Origin: Eledone cirrhosa
Taxonomy: Eukaryota
Direction: 5' to 3'
Assembly: GCA_964016885.1 (NCBI GenBank)
Contig: OZ024741.1
Span: 141,484,001 to 141,548,000 of the forward strand
Length of the DNA: 64,000 nucleotides
In this document: positions 14,461 through 26,716 of the stretch, piece by piece
How positions within the stretch are numbered: the first letter of the stretch is position 1
Layout of the letters: every line of letters begins with the position of its first letter
Notes under the pieces: generated by a model
Databases searched by the model: none
What the model saw: the letters and a program-made list of their open reading frames with translations, nothing else
What the model was told of the DNA's origin: nothing
Translations under genes and position numbers: made by a program

Positions 14461-14741
14461 TTGCCGAATGCAGAAGCTGGCGCATTACTGCACCAGCTTT
14501 TGTACATATGTAATTATATATGCATCTATATTCCAGCCACCGCTTTATGATATCAATCCCACCAACGTTTTCACTAGTGTGTATGTGTGTATTTTCAGGT
14601 GTGTGTTGGATGGGAGTGTCTATGTGTGTCTTCACACGTGTGTATGTATGTGACTTTTTTCTATTGTCTCTTTATATATGAGTGTGTATGTTTGTGTGTG
14701 TGTGTTTTTACGTGTGTCTAATGAGCTTGATATGTGTGATT

Positions 14742-15921
14742 CCAGACATTAATTTAAACATTCAGACTCATACCTTCAGACCCTTCCATAAGCTTAACGA
14801 AAATCTTAATTACATACACAAGGACTCATGCCACCCTCCTACTGTTGTTATAAACTTCTTAAATAATATCAGTACTAGAATCTCTAACCTCTCCTCTAAT
14901 AAGGCTATCTTTGACAGAGCGGCCCTCTACTATAACACGGCGTTACCTAACAGCAGCTTCTCGCAACCAATTACTTACTCCCCCACTAACAACAACAGCA
15001 ATAAGAAAAGAAATCGTAACAATAGACAAACTATCTGGTTCTCTCCTCCCTTCTCACTCAACGTTAAAACTAATGTAGGAAAGGATGTTTAGCCCTCTTA
15101 GATAGACACGTTCCTATAGGTCACAAATACCGCTCCATCTTTAACAGACGCAGAGTAAAACTTGGGTACTCCTGCGCTAAGAACATGAAGGCCCACATCA
15201 CCAACAAACCTAAGAGCGGCACCCTACTTGGATGCTCTTGCCGAAAGCCTGAAGCTTGTCCCCTTCAACAGCAATGCAACACACCCGTTGTAGTTTATGA
15301 AGCTGTGGTCACTTCCAACCGACCAAATCAACCACAGGAGGTCAAAACCTACGTAGATATGGCGGGGGCCGATTTAAGGAACGCTTCCTGAACCATCAGT
15401 CGACTTTTAGGTACCCGGACAAACGATCATCCACGAAGCTCGCGAGCCACGTATGGTCCCTCAAAGACTCAGGTATAGACTACTCCATTCAATGGAAAGC
15501 TATTACTAAGTCCAAGCCATGTGCAAGGGGCAATCCGTCTTGTGGACTGTGTATTGAAGAAAGGATAAATATTCTAAGGGGATTACGCAATTGCGATTGC
15601 CTAAATTCAATAAATGAAATCTTCTCACGTAATCCACATGTCTGGAAACACCTCTGCATAACTACAAAGCTTCGGATTGAATAACAACATTCTAATTTTC
15701 TAATCAACTCGAACATATTATTCCGGAGACTCGCAGTTATCTCCCTTACACCTTTCGCCCGTGGATTTTTATATCGCCTGGGTGAAGAGACCGTTTCTGC
15801 GCATGCGCGTTCATACGGTTGTTCTTCCTGTTCCGTATAACCATTACCAGTCCGAGCTGAAGATCCGCTTAAGGTGAAACAATTGTTCTCGGTATGGTGA
15901 GCTAACTGTTGTGACTACTTC
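14742..15921 (+). mobile_element. Penelope-like element remnant (RT thumb, GIY-YIG, pLTR with HHR)
   Basis: SCHPP, RISNLSS, WFSPPFSLNVKTNVG, CSCRKPEACPL..C, VVYEAVV; multiple frameshifts; ends in (TA)n. Confidence 0.88.
15852..15892 (+). ncRNA. Minimal type I hammerhead ribozyme motif
   Basis: ccgag-CTGAAGA-tccgcttaaggt-GAAAC-aatt-GTT-ctcgg; 5-bp stem I. Confidence 0.82.
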
Positions 15922-16279
15922 TATATATATATATATATATATATATCGAACTAGACAGATTGAGTTTGTGCTAGCCCACCGAAATTTCCCACTCGCTCAA
16001 TGATTTCGCGGGACCTGAATTTCCGAGGTGCAGGCTGGTAGTGCAGAGCGCACACAATTAGTTAGTCAGTGATAAAATCGGTGTTATGTGGGAGCGCTAT
16101 ATAAATCTGCCCCGGACGAAATAATAATCATGAGTTTCTTCACTGCATCCGCGCCCCAGTGTGCAAGTGCTGCGCCCACTGTTCGGAAGCTACGCGTTAG
16201 TTCTCGAATAAACCAGGAAAAACATTCACGGCCAGGACCAATAGAGCGAGTCATCAATAGGGAGAGGCCCTTTGCCGTT

Positions 16280-16386
<107 letters not shown>

Positions 16387-17360
16387 ATTTATAAAAATAA
16401 CAGATTAAAGTGTAACCAAAGAATCGCTGCTTTCACCCTTAACGGGATCTTCTGAAACTAAAAAAGTCAATCTGTGTGTGTGTGCGCGCGTTGTATACGT
16501 ATTTATGTGTGTATATTTATATACGTTTATTTAATTATGTATACACGCACACACACACACACATGTGTATATATAATTGTTTTTATTTTTTTTATGTGTA
16601 TACGTTCGTATGTGTGCGGTACAGGCGTTGCATGTGTTCTGTATTTGCGTGTGTGTTTGTGTGCGTGTTTTTTTTATTTGTTGTGTGCGTGCTTGTATTT
16701 TCATACCCATGGGGAGTGTTTTCGCGTATGCTTGTGTATGTATGTATATGGATGTGTGTATGTATATATTTAATTTCAATTACCTCTGTATTTTATTTAC
16801 TTTATTCTTTTCTCTGAAGCCTAGAATCATTCGGTTTCCTAAATAGAATTTTAGTCTACGACTTCAGTTATACCATTTACGTGGTTTTGTCTTTGCGTGT
16901 AATTGTCCTCATTGCTCCACATAATGACGTATTATCTTCGTTTTTTCCGTTCATTGCCAGAGAACGTCTCAATGAACCACATAATAGAATATTAGTCTAC
17001 GACTTCTTTTATACCATAAACGTGGTTTTGTCTTCGCGTGTAATTGTTTTCACTATACCAAATAATGACGTATTATCTTCGTTTTTTCCGTTCTTTGCCA
17101 GGGAACGTTTCCACGAACCAAAGTATCGTCTTCTTGCCTTCCTTCGGTTGCAACGTGTTTTGAAATATTTACTTCTGCGTTCACAGATTGACTTTGTTTG
17201 TTTCAGAAGATCCCGTTAAGGGTGAAAGCAGCGATTCTTTGCTTAAACTTTAATCTATTATTTAAATAAATATTTGCTCTACGGTTCTAATATATCTGAT
17301 ATATATTTATCCTTATCGAGTCCTCTTTGGATTTTAGTCTTCAAATTTATTATTATTACT
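16387..17360 (+). mobile_element. ORF-less pLTR-like element with an inverted ~90-bp terminal copy and an internal ~140-bp tandem duplication
   Basis: 16387-16476 is the reverse complement of 17182-17272; 16843-16982 is repeated at 16983-17120; flanked by (TA)n(GA)n and (TA)/(TCTA)n. Confidence 0.8.
17200..17248 (+). ncRNA. Hammerhead-like motif with variant core CAGAAGA
   Basis: gttt-CAGAAGA-tccc gtta agggt-GAAA-gca gcgattctt tgc-TT-aaac; all three stems pair; inverted copy at ~16410-16458. Confidence 0.65.
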
Positions 17361-17367
17361 ATATATA

Positions 17368-17406
<39 letters not shown>

Positions 17407-17435
17407 ATATAGGCTGTTTATCTATCTATCTATCC

Positions 17436-17485
<50 letters not shown>

Positions 17486-17487
17486 AT

Positions 17488-20400
17488 ATAGGCTGTTTAA
17501 ATGCGCGTGGCCTGGGCTCAACTTGGAAGCAAGCAATGCTTCTAAATGACCTCAGGTCACAACGTATAGATGTGATGGTTATTTGCGAGGCCCGGATCAG
17601 CAACGTGCGACAGCTGGCCCCCACCTTTGATGACTTTGAGATGCACGCATCTCTCTGTCAGCCCGGAGGTGGGGGTGGAGTTGTCGTTCTGCTGCAAAAA
17701 CATCTGGGTCTCGCAACACAGATGGTACATTTGGACCCGGAGGGTCGACTAGTGGTTCTGGACCTTGGCAGTGGTAAAGGCGGAGCGTTTAGGTTGGTAG
17801 CCGCCTACGGCCCTTTCGGCCTTTCAATGCGGCCGGACTTCTTCCATCGTCTGGAGACTTTTCTAGGGACGTCCCGCTCCTTGCTATTAGTGGGGGACTG
17901 GAATGGTATCCTAGATGCACGCTGGGACTACGTAGGGGCCTGCCCCGATAGAGAGGGGTGTAATAGCCTCAAAGGGTTAATCGGTCGATTTGACCTGGCC
18001 GATAGATATCGACTAGATTTTCCGACTGCGCCAACCTGAACTTGGGCAAATCGTAGCGGATCATCTAGGTCGTACCTAGATAGGTTCTTAGTTAGAATTA
18101 AGGATAAGGACTTTTTAAGTTGTCCAAAAATGCGCATGGTTGGCTATTCAGACCACAAATTAGTGACCTGCATGGTCAACCTTGACAGAACTCATAGACA
18201 GGGCCCCGGTTACTGGAAGCTCAACTTGTCCTTGCCGGCAAGTAGAGCCTACAGGAATCGGATTAGTACGTTAGTTAAGGAACGGTTGACTGGAGCGATC
18301 GTCAACAGCAGGTGGTGGGTATCTCTAAAGAGAGAGATTAGAGTAGTCTCGATAGAATTTAGTAAGGTTCTAGCTGCGGATAGGAATAGGAAGGAAAGGG
18401 AGCTAATAGATAGAGTAGAAGAGGCAATTAGAAGCGGCGACGTGGCCAGAGTGCTAGCGTCGAGAACGGCTTTGAGCCAGTTTTTCGACGCGAAGCACGA
18501 AGGCTGCGTTGTCCGAAGTAAAATACGTGCTCTAGGGAACGAGGGGACCAAAGCTGTTAGCTGGGCCCGCGTGACAGAGGCCAACAGTGGAACTAAATCC
18601 ACCATCCAGTCTTTGCGAGACCTGGATGGACGGGCGATTCTTGAGCCTAAGCAGATGTGTGAGGCCTTTCAAAGGCACTTTGCCCGACTGTTCGGGAGGG
18701 GCGGGGAGCCGGTTGGGAACGTGGACTTCGGTCCATACCTCGACGGCCTGCCGCGCCTCTCGGACAGGGAGGCGAAGTCCTGCGAGGAGCCGATTTCGGC
18801 CGCTGAGATAGAGGACGTGCTGAGCCAATGCGGCAAACGCAAATCCCCGGGTCTCGATGGTCTTCCTTACGAATTATATCTAGCTATGCCGGACTTGTTC
18901 CCCGATCTCCTCGAGGCGGTCTACTGCAACTGGCAACAGAACGGGAGAATTCCCTGTACTGTGACCAAGGGCGTAGTCACGCTAGTGAGGAAGGACGAGA
19001 ACAAGGGGGACGAAATAAGTAACTTCAGGCCCATAACACTGCTAAATACAGAGTTACAGATTTTGGCCAAGGTGCTAGCAAAGAGGTTGGCGCTTGTCGT
19101 GGGCAACCTGGTGCGAGATGCGCAGACATGCGCTATCCCGTCCAGGTCCATCCATGACAACCTCCACCTCATGCGATACATCATAGAGAGGGTTGGGAAC
19201 GAACCCGGCTTTGGTGGGGCTCTGATCAACTTGGATCAATCTAAGGCGTTCGATAGGGTCGACCATGGTTACCTGGATGCGGTGCTAGCGGCGGCAGGCT
19301 TCGGACCCGTTTTCAGGGGCTGGATCACTGCTATGCACAGCAGCCGCATCTGCTCTAGGCTCAAGGTGAACGGCTACCTCTCGGAGCCGTTCAAAATCGC
19401 GCGGTCCATCCGACAAGGGTGCCCTCTCTCCTCCCTTCTGTATGTGTTGACTCTCGAGCCACTACTGCGGAAGTTGGAGTTGTTGCAGGGCATCCCTTTG
19501 GAACCGGGATTGCGGAAAGCGGTGTCGGCCTACGCCGATGACGTGACAGTAATGGTGTCGACGGCCTCCGAAATCGAGGCGGTCGGCACCTTACTGGAGG
19601 AGTACGAAAAGTTCACAGGGGCTAAGCTGAACCGGGACAAGTCGATCGGTTTGCAACTCGGCACGTGGAGGGGCAGACCGATGCCCTCCGATAGCGTCGT
19701 CGGACGCTGGACGGAGGGCCCGGTGAAGTTGCTCGGGGTCTGGTTCGGACCGGACCTCCAGGTGGAGAAAAACTGGGCGGAGGTTACGAACAGGGTGTTT
19801 GCACTGACCCAGAAGTGGGCCAGTTGCAAACTATCCCTGAAAGGTCGGGCGGAGGTGGCGAACACCTACATAGCGTCCGTCATCTACTACCGCCTGACCG
19901 TAGTGCCCTGCCCAAGGGAAACCCTCACCAAGATGGAGCGCGCGCTCTTCCAATTCCTTTGGAAGAGGCGGGCTCCTATGGTGAGGAGATCCATCTGCTG
20001 TCAACACCCTTCGAAAGGAGGGCTGGGGATGCCGTGGCTAATGATGCGTAAACACGCATTAAGGCTACGGCACCTCTACGTATTCCTCACCGGACAACCG
20101 GTGTGGGCCTCGTTTGTGAGACGAACCTTTCCCAGACTCGTCTCACTCACCGAGCTGCAATCCTGGGTCAAGCAAAGACCGAGAAAACTGGGCGCCTGGC
20201 ACACTGAGTGTGCCCAGGCGCTCACCGCCCTCTGGCAGGCGGATCCGGTTATCAGTGGAGTCTCCACCGCAACATTCTATAGAGGGCTGGTACGCAGCAG
20301 GTGCGACGACGCCCTCGGAGAAGCCCTAGACATGGAGGAGGACGAACTGGCCAGCCTGTTCGGTAGGACATTCAGCCCGGGACCTATGGACAACTTCCAG

Positions 20401-20914
20401 AAGTCCCTGGCCTGGCAGTGCTACCGAGGGGGCTTTACCCGTTCGAGAAAGGCTCTACAGACACGGGCGCCCGGGTAGGGACCCCACCAAAAAGATCTGT
20501 CCCAGATGCGTGTGCGACGAGGAAACCGTTGCACACGCATTGGTACACTGCTCGGGCGTAGCCGATCTGTGGGGCTATGTCGAACAACTGCTGTCAAGGG
20601 TGGGACCGATCCGGTTGACCACCGAGTCTATTGTAATGATCAAGCCGCCTCCCCCCTTCAAAGATGAAGCAGAGGCGGTGTTTCTGTGCGTAATAGCCAT
20701 GGCGAAAGAGGTTGTATGGTGGACGCGTCTGAAAGGACTGAGGTCAGGCACCTTTCTCTCTGGCCAACAACTGGTCCGTTTCTTCCGATATCATTTCGGA
20801 AGAAGGATCAGGATGGAGAGAGAGGTGCTGCACCCCAGCCGTTTCTATGAAAGATGGGTGAAAGTGGCGAGAATGGCCCGTGTGAATGGGTCTTCACTCT
20901 ACATCAGACTATAG
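17488..20914 (+). pseudogene. Tx1/L1-clade LINE ORF2 (APE endonuclease, reverse transcriptase, zinc-finger), with one in-frame TGA at 18037 and one frameshift near 20430
   Basis: LNARGL, GDWN, YLDR, SDH (APE); KSPGLDG, FRPITLLN, DQSKAFDRV, RQGCPLS, YADD (RT); KGGLG; CPRC...ETVAHALVHC. Confidence 0.95.
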
Positions 20915-21178
20915 GTGAGGAAGATGAAAGACCAAGGGAGCACCCCTTCTCTGTGCTCCTGAGGAGAAGGGTTGCACACTTTTTTCGGGGGTGTGTGCGA
21001 CCCCCCAAGGCGCCTCCTCTCTATTGAGGATTTTGTTAAAAATTTTATTTTTTGTTATATCTTATTTTATTTTTATATTTTGTTATTGCCTCCTCCTTAT
21101 TGGGGACGCCTTTTTGTGTAAACTCCCCCCTTTGTACTTGTCCCACTTTTGATGCCCTAGTGGCAAATAAAAGAAACA
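17488..21178 (+). mobile_element. Tx1-like non-LTR retrotransposon, 5'-truncated (no ORF1), inserted in a (TCTA)n/(TA)n tract
   Basis: GC-rich island; T-rich 3' UTR; aataaa at ~21166; tatctatctatctatatata on both sides (possible TSD). Confidence 0.9.
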
Positions 21179-21188
21179 TATCTATCTA

Positions 21189-21223
<35 letters not shown>

Positions 21224-21488
21224 TTGTATGTATATATGTGTTTGTATGTATGTATGTGTATGTATGTGTGCGTATGTATATATATATATATATGTGTGTC
21301 TATGTGAGTGGATGTATATGTGTATGAGTGTGTATATGTGGTTGATGCGCTTATATATCTATGGAAGAGTGTATATGGATTTACGTATAGATGCGCGCAT
21401 GTAATTTTATGTGAGTGTGCACATAATGTATATTTATATCATTTTTAATAGATATTAATTTCAAGACTTATATCCAAAACATAACTAT

Positions 21489-21555
21489 TTCATCTGATGA
21501 ACGACCTGGACGTTTCTCTAAGATCGACTAGTTTCTTGAAACCTTTGGTAACGGA
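21489..21555 (+). ncRNA. Hammerhead-like motif (solo pLTR remnant)
   Basis: ttcat-CTGATGA-(imperfect stem II)-GAAAC-ctttg-GTA-acgga. Confidence 0.6.
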
Positions 21556-21653
21556 ATATTGTGTTGTTTATTATGTAATTAAATTTAATATATATATATA
21601 TATATATACAATATTAAATAAATGGAAAACTATATTTATAAGACCATATTTAT

Positions 21654-21713
21654 TTCATTATATATATTTCGGGGATATCATATTAACAATATGCTATGCC
21701 TTCATCAGACAAA
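21654..21713 (-). ncRNA. Hammerhead motif (solo pLTR remnant; truncated relative at 1706-1800)
   Basis: tttgt-CTGATGA-aggcatagcatattgttaatatgatatcccc-GAAAT-atat-ATA-atgaa. Confidence 0.7.
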
Positions 21714-21937
21714 ATACAATATAAACAGTTTTATAGATAAATATATTCGACATACCGTAATAAACATCAACTTCATTTGAAGAGGTTTACGCTATATATA
21801 TATAGGGAGACACAAAGCACGCTTTGTTTACAAACGGCTAGCGAATTTGAAAATTAGGTAGTAACATGTGCTTACGCCGTATTTGACAACATAGAATCAG
21901 TCTGTTAGTTGGGATTTCTTTTAAAAACCCTCTAACG

Positions 21938-22008
21938 TACATGGGATACGAACCCGCATCTTTGGTTTGCCGGAACAATGTGTTACCATTAGACCAACAC
22001 GCCACCCA
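21938..22008 (-). other. tRNA-like head (probable SINE remnant, not a functional tRNA)
   Basis: Minus strand tggtctaatggtaa (A box) ... gggttcgtatccc (B box); acceptor stem does not pair. Confidence 0.5.
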
Positions 22009-22539
22009 TGTCCTTTAATTCCTGGATATGTTAATATATTTAACATCAACGCTCTCCTGACAATACTTTTGTTTCGTTATAAATTTCTTTTCCGTGTTTT
22101 ACGGCGCTAATTGGAAATAAATTCAATTGTTGCATTAAGTCACACACATGAACATTCTTTTTCTAACGTTATTTCGTTATCTCTATGATATACAGAAGTA
22201 CGAACTGATCACAACTAAAGCTACACTTTTGATGAACATAGCACATTAACCTAATTACATCATCACTGATTCCTCTTAATGTTGATTGCCTATAGAATAA
22301 ACACACATACATATATATGTGTATATATATATATATATAAATGTGTGTATGTGTGTGTGTGTGTTTGCGTCTGTGTGCGTATTCCAGTCGATCATACTAA
22401 CCCCAGTAATTATTATCTTCCAAATTTGATACATATTTTTCCGATCATTTGGTTTTCGGGTTGTTTCTTTTTGTAAAAGACAAGCATTAGTAAAAAGACA
22501 AGCATTAATACAAGCGTAACCATAAACGGATAAACTCAT

Positions 22540-22588
<49 letters not shown>

Positions 22589-22893
22589 AACATATATTTT
22601 TATATATTGTTATACTTTGGGAGGGTCATGCTTCCAATAAAAACACACGCACCTATTGGTTTTCACTTCAATTTAATATAAATGTCCGGTTGGTCCGGTT
22701 GGTTGGTTGGATGGATTGATAAGCGAATGGTTGTTTATATATTTATATATTTGCAAAGCTCTTTCGTGACACATTCTGTGAAAAACATGAGGTGCGTGTG
22801 TTTTATTGGCAGCATGACACTCCCAAAGTATAACAATATCTGTTTCAACACACGTTTTCAGATAAGAAATCTTGCAAAAAAAATTCAAAAATG

Positions 22894-22983
<90 letters not shown>

Positions 22984-24076
22984 AAGGCACTTTATTTCAG
23001 ACAACACAACTTTCAAAAATGAGTTGTACCTGTAATTCGAAGGGTCAGCATTGTCACATTCTCCGTCCCGCTGAATCTCCCTGGGAACTACGTTATGGGC
23101 ATGCGTGTCTGTGGAATGCTCAGCCACTTGCACGTTAATTTAATGAATAAACTGTTTCATTGATAGTATCACTCGCCGTCGTAACCAATAGAGTGTCTTT
23201 TGTTATTTTGTCGGAATATGGGGGTGGTGGAGTGGCATATTAATCATTAGTGTGTTGATCAAATGCTTATCTGTATTTTTCCGGCTCTTTATGTTGTGAG
23301 TCAAATCCCACCGGGATTTAAGTTGCCTCTCATCTATTCGATGTTATTAAAATAAAGTACCAGCTATTTATTGGGGCTGAAACAATCGACTTTACCCACC
23401 CCCATAAATCGCGGTGTGTCCTTGAGCACACCACTTTATTTCACATTGCTCCATTCCAATCAGCCGAAAAATAAAATTAACCGGTCTTACATACATGTGA
23501 CACGCTGAATCACACTCTGATAACTACGGTAAGGATACACGTGTCTGTGGAGTGCTCAGCCTTTTACACACTGAAGGAATATTACTTTTGTATGTAGAAT
23601 TTTATAATGTTTCGAGTCTAAGATAAAATACGTTACATGATACAGCACGGTTTGCCTTGCCATTAAATTAACATATCAAATGAAAATGAAATTTTGATTT
23701 CAAGGATATGAGCTTAACGACATCCTACCGCTATACATTTTCATTATCTAGCCAACCAACCTATGTTTTCATCCTCTGCCTCCCTATGAAGTTATTGTTC
23801 TAGTACGAATACTTGCTATTTGTAACCAAACTACCACCGGGACGTATAATTCCTTCTGTGGCTTTACATTTATACGTCTATATTAATGATTGAGAAAAGA
23901 TAAAATATGAAATAAGAGACAGCATGTCTAACCCATTAGTAAATTACATTCGGTTTATAAAAAATCGGAGATACATCAGTATTCTTAAACAAAAATGACA
24001 CGTAAATATGTTTTATATATGCACAAACATGTAATTAAACGATGCAAAAACAACATGTTGTTGTTGTTGTTGTTGT

Positions 24077-24120
<44 letters not shown>

Positions 24121-24124
24121 TTGA

Positions 24125-24330
24125 GGATGTTGGAATGGCAGAGTCATTACAACATTGGACAAAATGTTTTGTAACATTTGGTTACGGGCCTTGACGTTCT
24201 GTGTTCAAATCGTGCCGAAGCCAGCTTTTCATTTCATCCTTACGGGGTTGATAAAATAAAGCACTAGTAATACACTGGGGTCGATTCATTGTGTTGTCTC
24301 TCCCCCAAAGTTGTTGGCCTTGTCGTTCTA
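24125..24330 (+). mobile_element. SINE family A, diverged copy (others at ~23225-23400, 25655-25785, 36325-36475, 39360-39460 and 49555-49655)
   Basis: tggcagagtc, gttcaaatc, tttcatccttacggggttgataaaataaag. Confidence 0.75.
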
Positions 24331-25195
24331 TAGAGGAGTAGTGGAGGGGAAGAGCGACGACGTACTTGGGGAGACTCAGGGTGTCGACGAAAATCAACTA
24401 GCCAATCGGGAGAACTTTCGGGTCGGAGCCTATGGACAACTTCCAGAAATCCCTGGCCTGGCAGTGCTACTGAGGAGCTTTGCCAGTTCGGGATAAACTC
24501 TACAGGCATGGAGGTGCCGTCAGCCGGGCATGTCCGACATGCGCGTAGGGCGACGAAACAGTCCTGCACGCACTCGTCCAGTGTCCGAGCATTGCTGACT
24601 TATGGATTTATGTCGAATACCTGGTGTCGCGTGTAGGACGGATCCGGCTATCAGCTGAGTCCATCGTGAGGATTGCCCCACCGTCTTCCTTTAGCCGGTA
24701 AGGGCAGACAGTTTTTATCTGTCTGGTTGCCATGGCGAAAGAGATAGTGTGGTGGACGCGTTTGAAAGGGCTGAAGACGAGCACTTACTTCTTCGGTGAT
24801 GCCCTGATTAACTTTTTCAAATTTCATTTGAAAAGGAAAATCAGGATAGAGAGGGAAATGCTCTCTTCCCAGCATTTTGTTGAAAGATGGGTGAGAGTGG
24901 AAAGCATGGCCCTACTCTGAGTATGCGCCTGTAAATTGAATATGGAAAATTGGGAGAGGGCACTTGTCCTGGTGGTCAGGGTCACCGTGGCTTTTTTAAT
25001 GGGCTTTCTCCACGAATGTCCTTCGGAAGTCTCCCCCCTATTGGAGAATTTTTCATTGTTTCTTTTTTTTTTGTTACATCCTCTGTTTCTTTTTTTTTTT
25101 ACACGCAAAAATGCCCATTTGTACCGCCCTGTATTGTCCTGTGCTGTCCTTAATGTTATAATTTATGTCAACCCTTGTGGTTAATAAAGAAAGCT
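24331..25195 (+). mobile_element. Tx1-like LINE 3' fragment, related subfamily to 17488-21178
   Basis: MDNFQKSLAWQCY and MAKEIVWWTRLKGL match 20385-20900; own 3' UTR and aataaa. Confidence 0.9.
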
Positions 25196-25209
25196 TTATT
25201 ATTATTATT

Positions 25210-25632
25210 ATTATTGTTCTTTGAGCTAGAAAGTTTGTTGAAATGAATATCAAGCCGCTACCTGCAGCCTCAGACATTCAGGACGTATCGGAGGGTTCTT
25301 GTTGTTCCCAGCAAGCATGCCTTTTGAAGTGTTCCAAAAGGTGGGGCTGGACTAATCTTCTTTAACCATACTTGGAAACTCTTTGAGATAGTACCTAGTG
25401 CGCCTATGACAACCGGGACGACCTTGATTTCATGGCAGTTCCAAATCCTTTTTTAACTCCAAATTTAAATCCTGGTATCGGTTCATTTTTTCCCTCTCCT
25501 TTTCTTACACTCTCGTGTTTCCCAGGACTTCATACTTTTGCTCAATAACTGTCTGATGTTATCTGCCACCTTGAAGATCTCTAGGCTTTTGGTTATGCAA
25601 GAATGAGGTACCATGTCGAATGCCTTTTTGTA
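25210..25632 (-). mobile_element. R4/Dong-like LINE, internally deleted copy in (TAA)n
   Basis: KAFDMVPHS RT segment fused to the C-terminal VVPVVIGALG...KACLLGT end; (TTA)n on both flanks. Confidence 0.8.
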
Positions 25633-25809
25633 ATTATTATTATTATTATTATTTACAGCTCTTTATGGTCTGAGTTCAAATCCCGCCGAGGTTTAACTTT
25701 GCCTTTCATCCTTACGGGCTCGATGAAATAAAGTACCAGTAATGTACTGGCATTATTGTTGGCCTTGTGCCAAAAGTAGAAATAATAATTATTATTATTA
25801 TTATCGGAG

Positions 25810-26394
25810 TCTCAGTCATTGATGTTATTTAACTGGAAAGTTTGTTCAAATGAACATCAAGCCGCTACTTGCAGCCTCAGATATTCAGGACGTATCGGAG
25901 GGTTCTTGCTGTTCCCAGCAAGCATGCCTTTTGAATTGTTCCAAAAAGGGGGGCTGGACTAATTTTCTTCAACCATCCTTGAAAACTCTTTGAGATAATA
26001 CCTAGTGCTTCTATGACAATCGGGACGACTTTGATCTCATGACAACCCCGAATCCTGTTTAACTCCCACTTTAAATCCTGGTATCGGTTAATTTTCTCCT
26101 CTTTTTCTTGCATTCTTGTTTCTAAGGGACAGGCTACATCTACAATCCAACAGGTCAGGCCTATTGTGCTCTAATTTCTTCTCTGACTGTATCCTGAAAT
26201 CCCATAGCAACTTCACTTGATCGTTTCTTATCACCGACTCTGGCTTATGTTCATACCACTTCTCAGGATGTGGTAAATTATTTAGTTTGCATAAATGCCA
26301 GTGACTCACCTTACCTATTATATCATGCCACTAGCCTTTATAGTGTGGCTGGGCTAGGTGTTAACACTCGGATACGATGTGAGCCACAATCTTT

Positions 26395-26452
<58 letters not shown>

Positions 26453-26653
26453 GGAAAAATTTGAACAGGGACAAAACAGAGAGGCAGTACAATAAATGTT
26501 TATTAATTTCACGCTCAGGAGAGTGGGGGGTAGGTGGGGGACGACGTTTCGGGAATAAGCCCTTCCTCATGTGAGAAGTGTGTGGGAACAGAGTTCAAAA
26601 GGTGTGTAGGGGAGAGGTGGAGAGACATATAGCGAAAGGGAACGGTGCGAATG

Positions 26654-26716
<63 letters not shown>

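Noticed and set aside
18037-18039. In-frame TGA in Tx1 ORF2 as programmed readthrough
   Set aside because: More simply a nonsense mutation at the aromatic position before TW; the copy also has a frameshift.
21938-22008. Functional tRNA gene
   Set aside because: A and B boxes are present but there is no proper acceptor or anticodon stem; treated as a SINE head.
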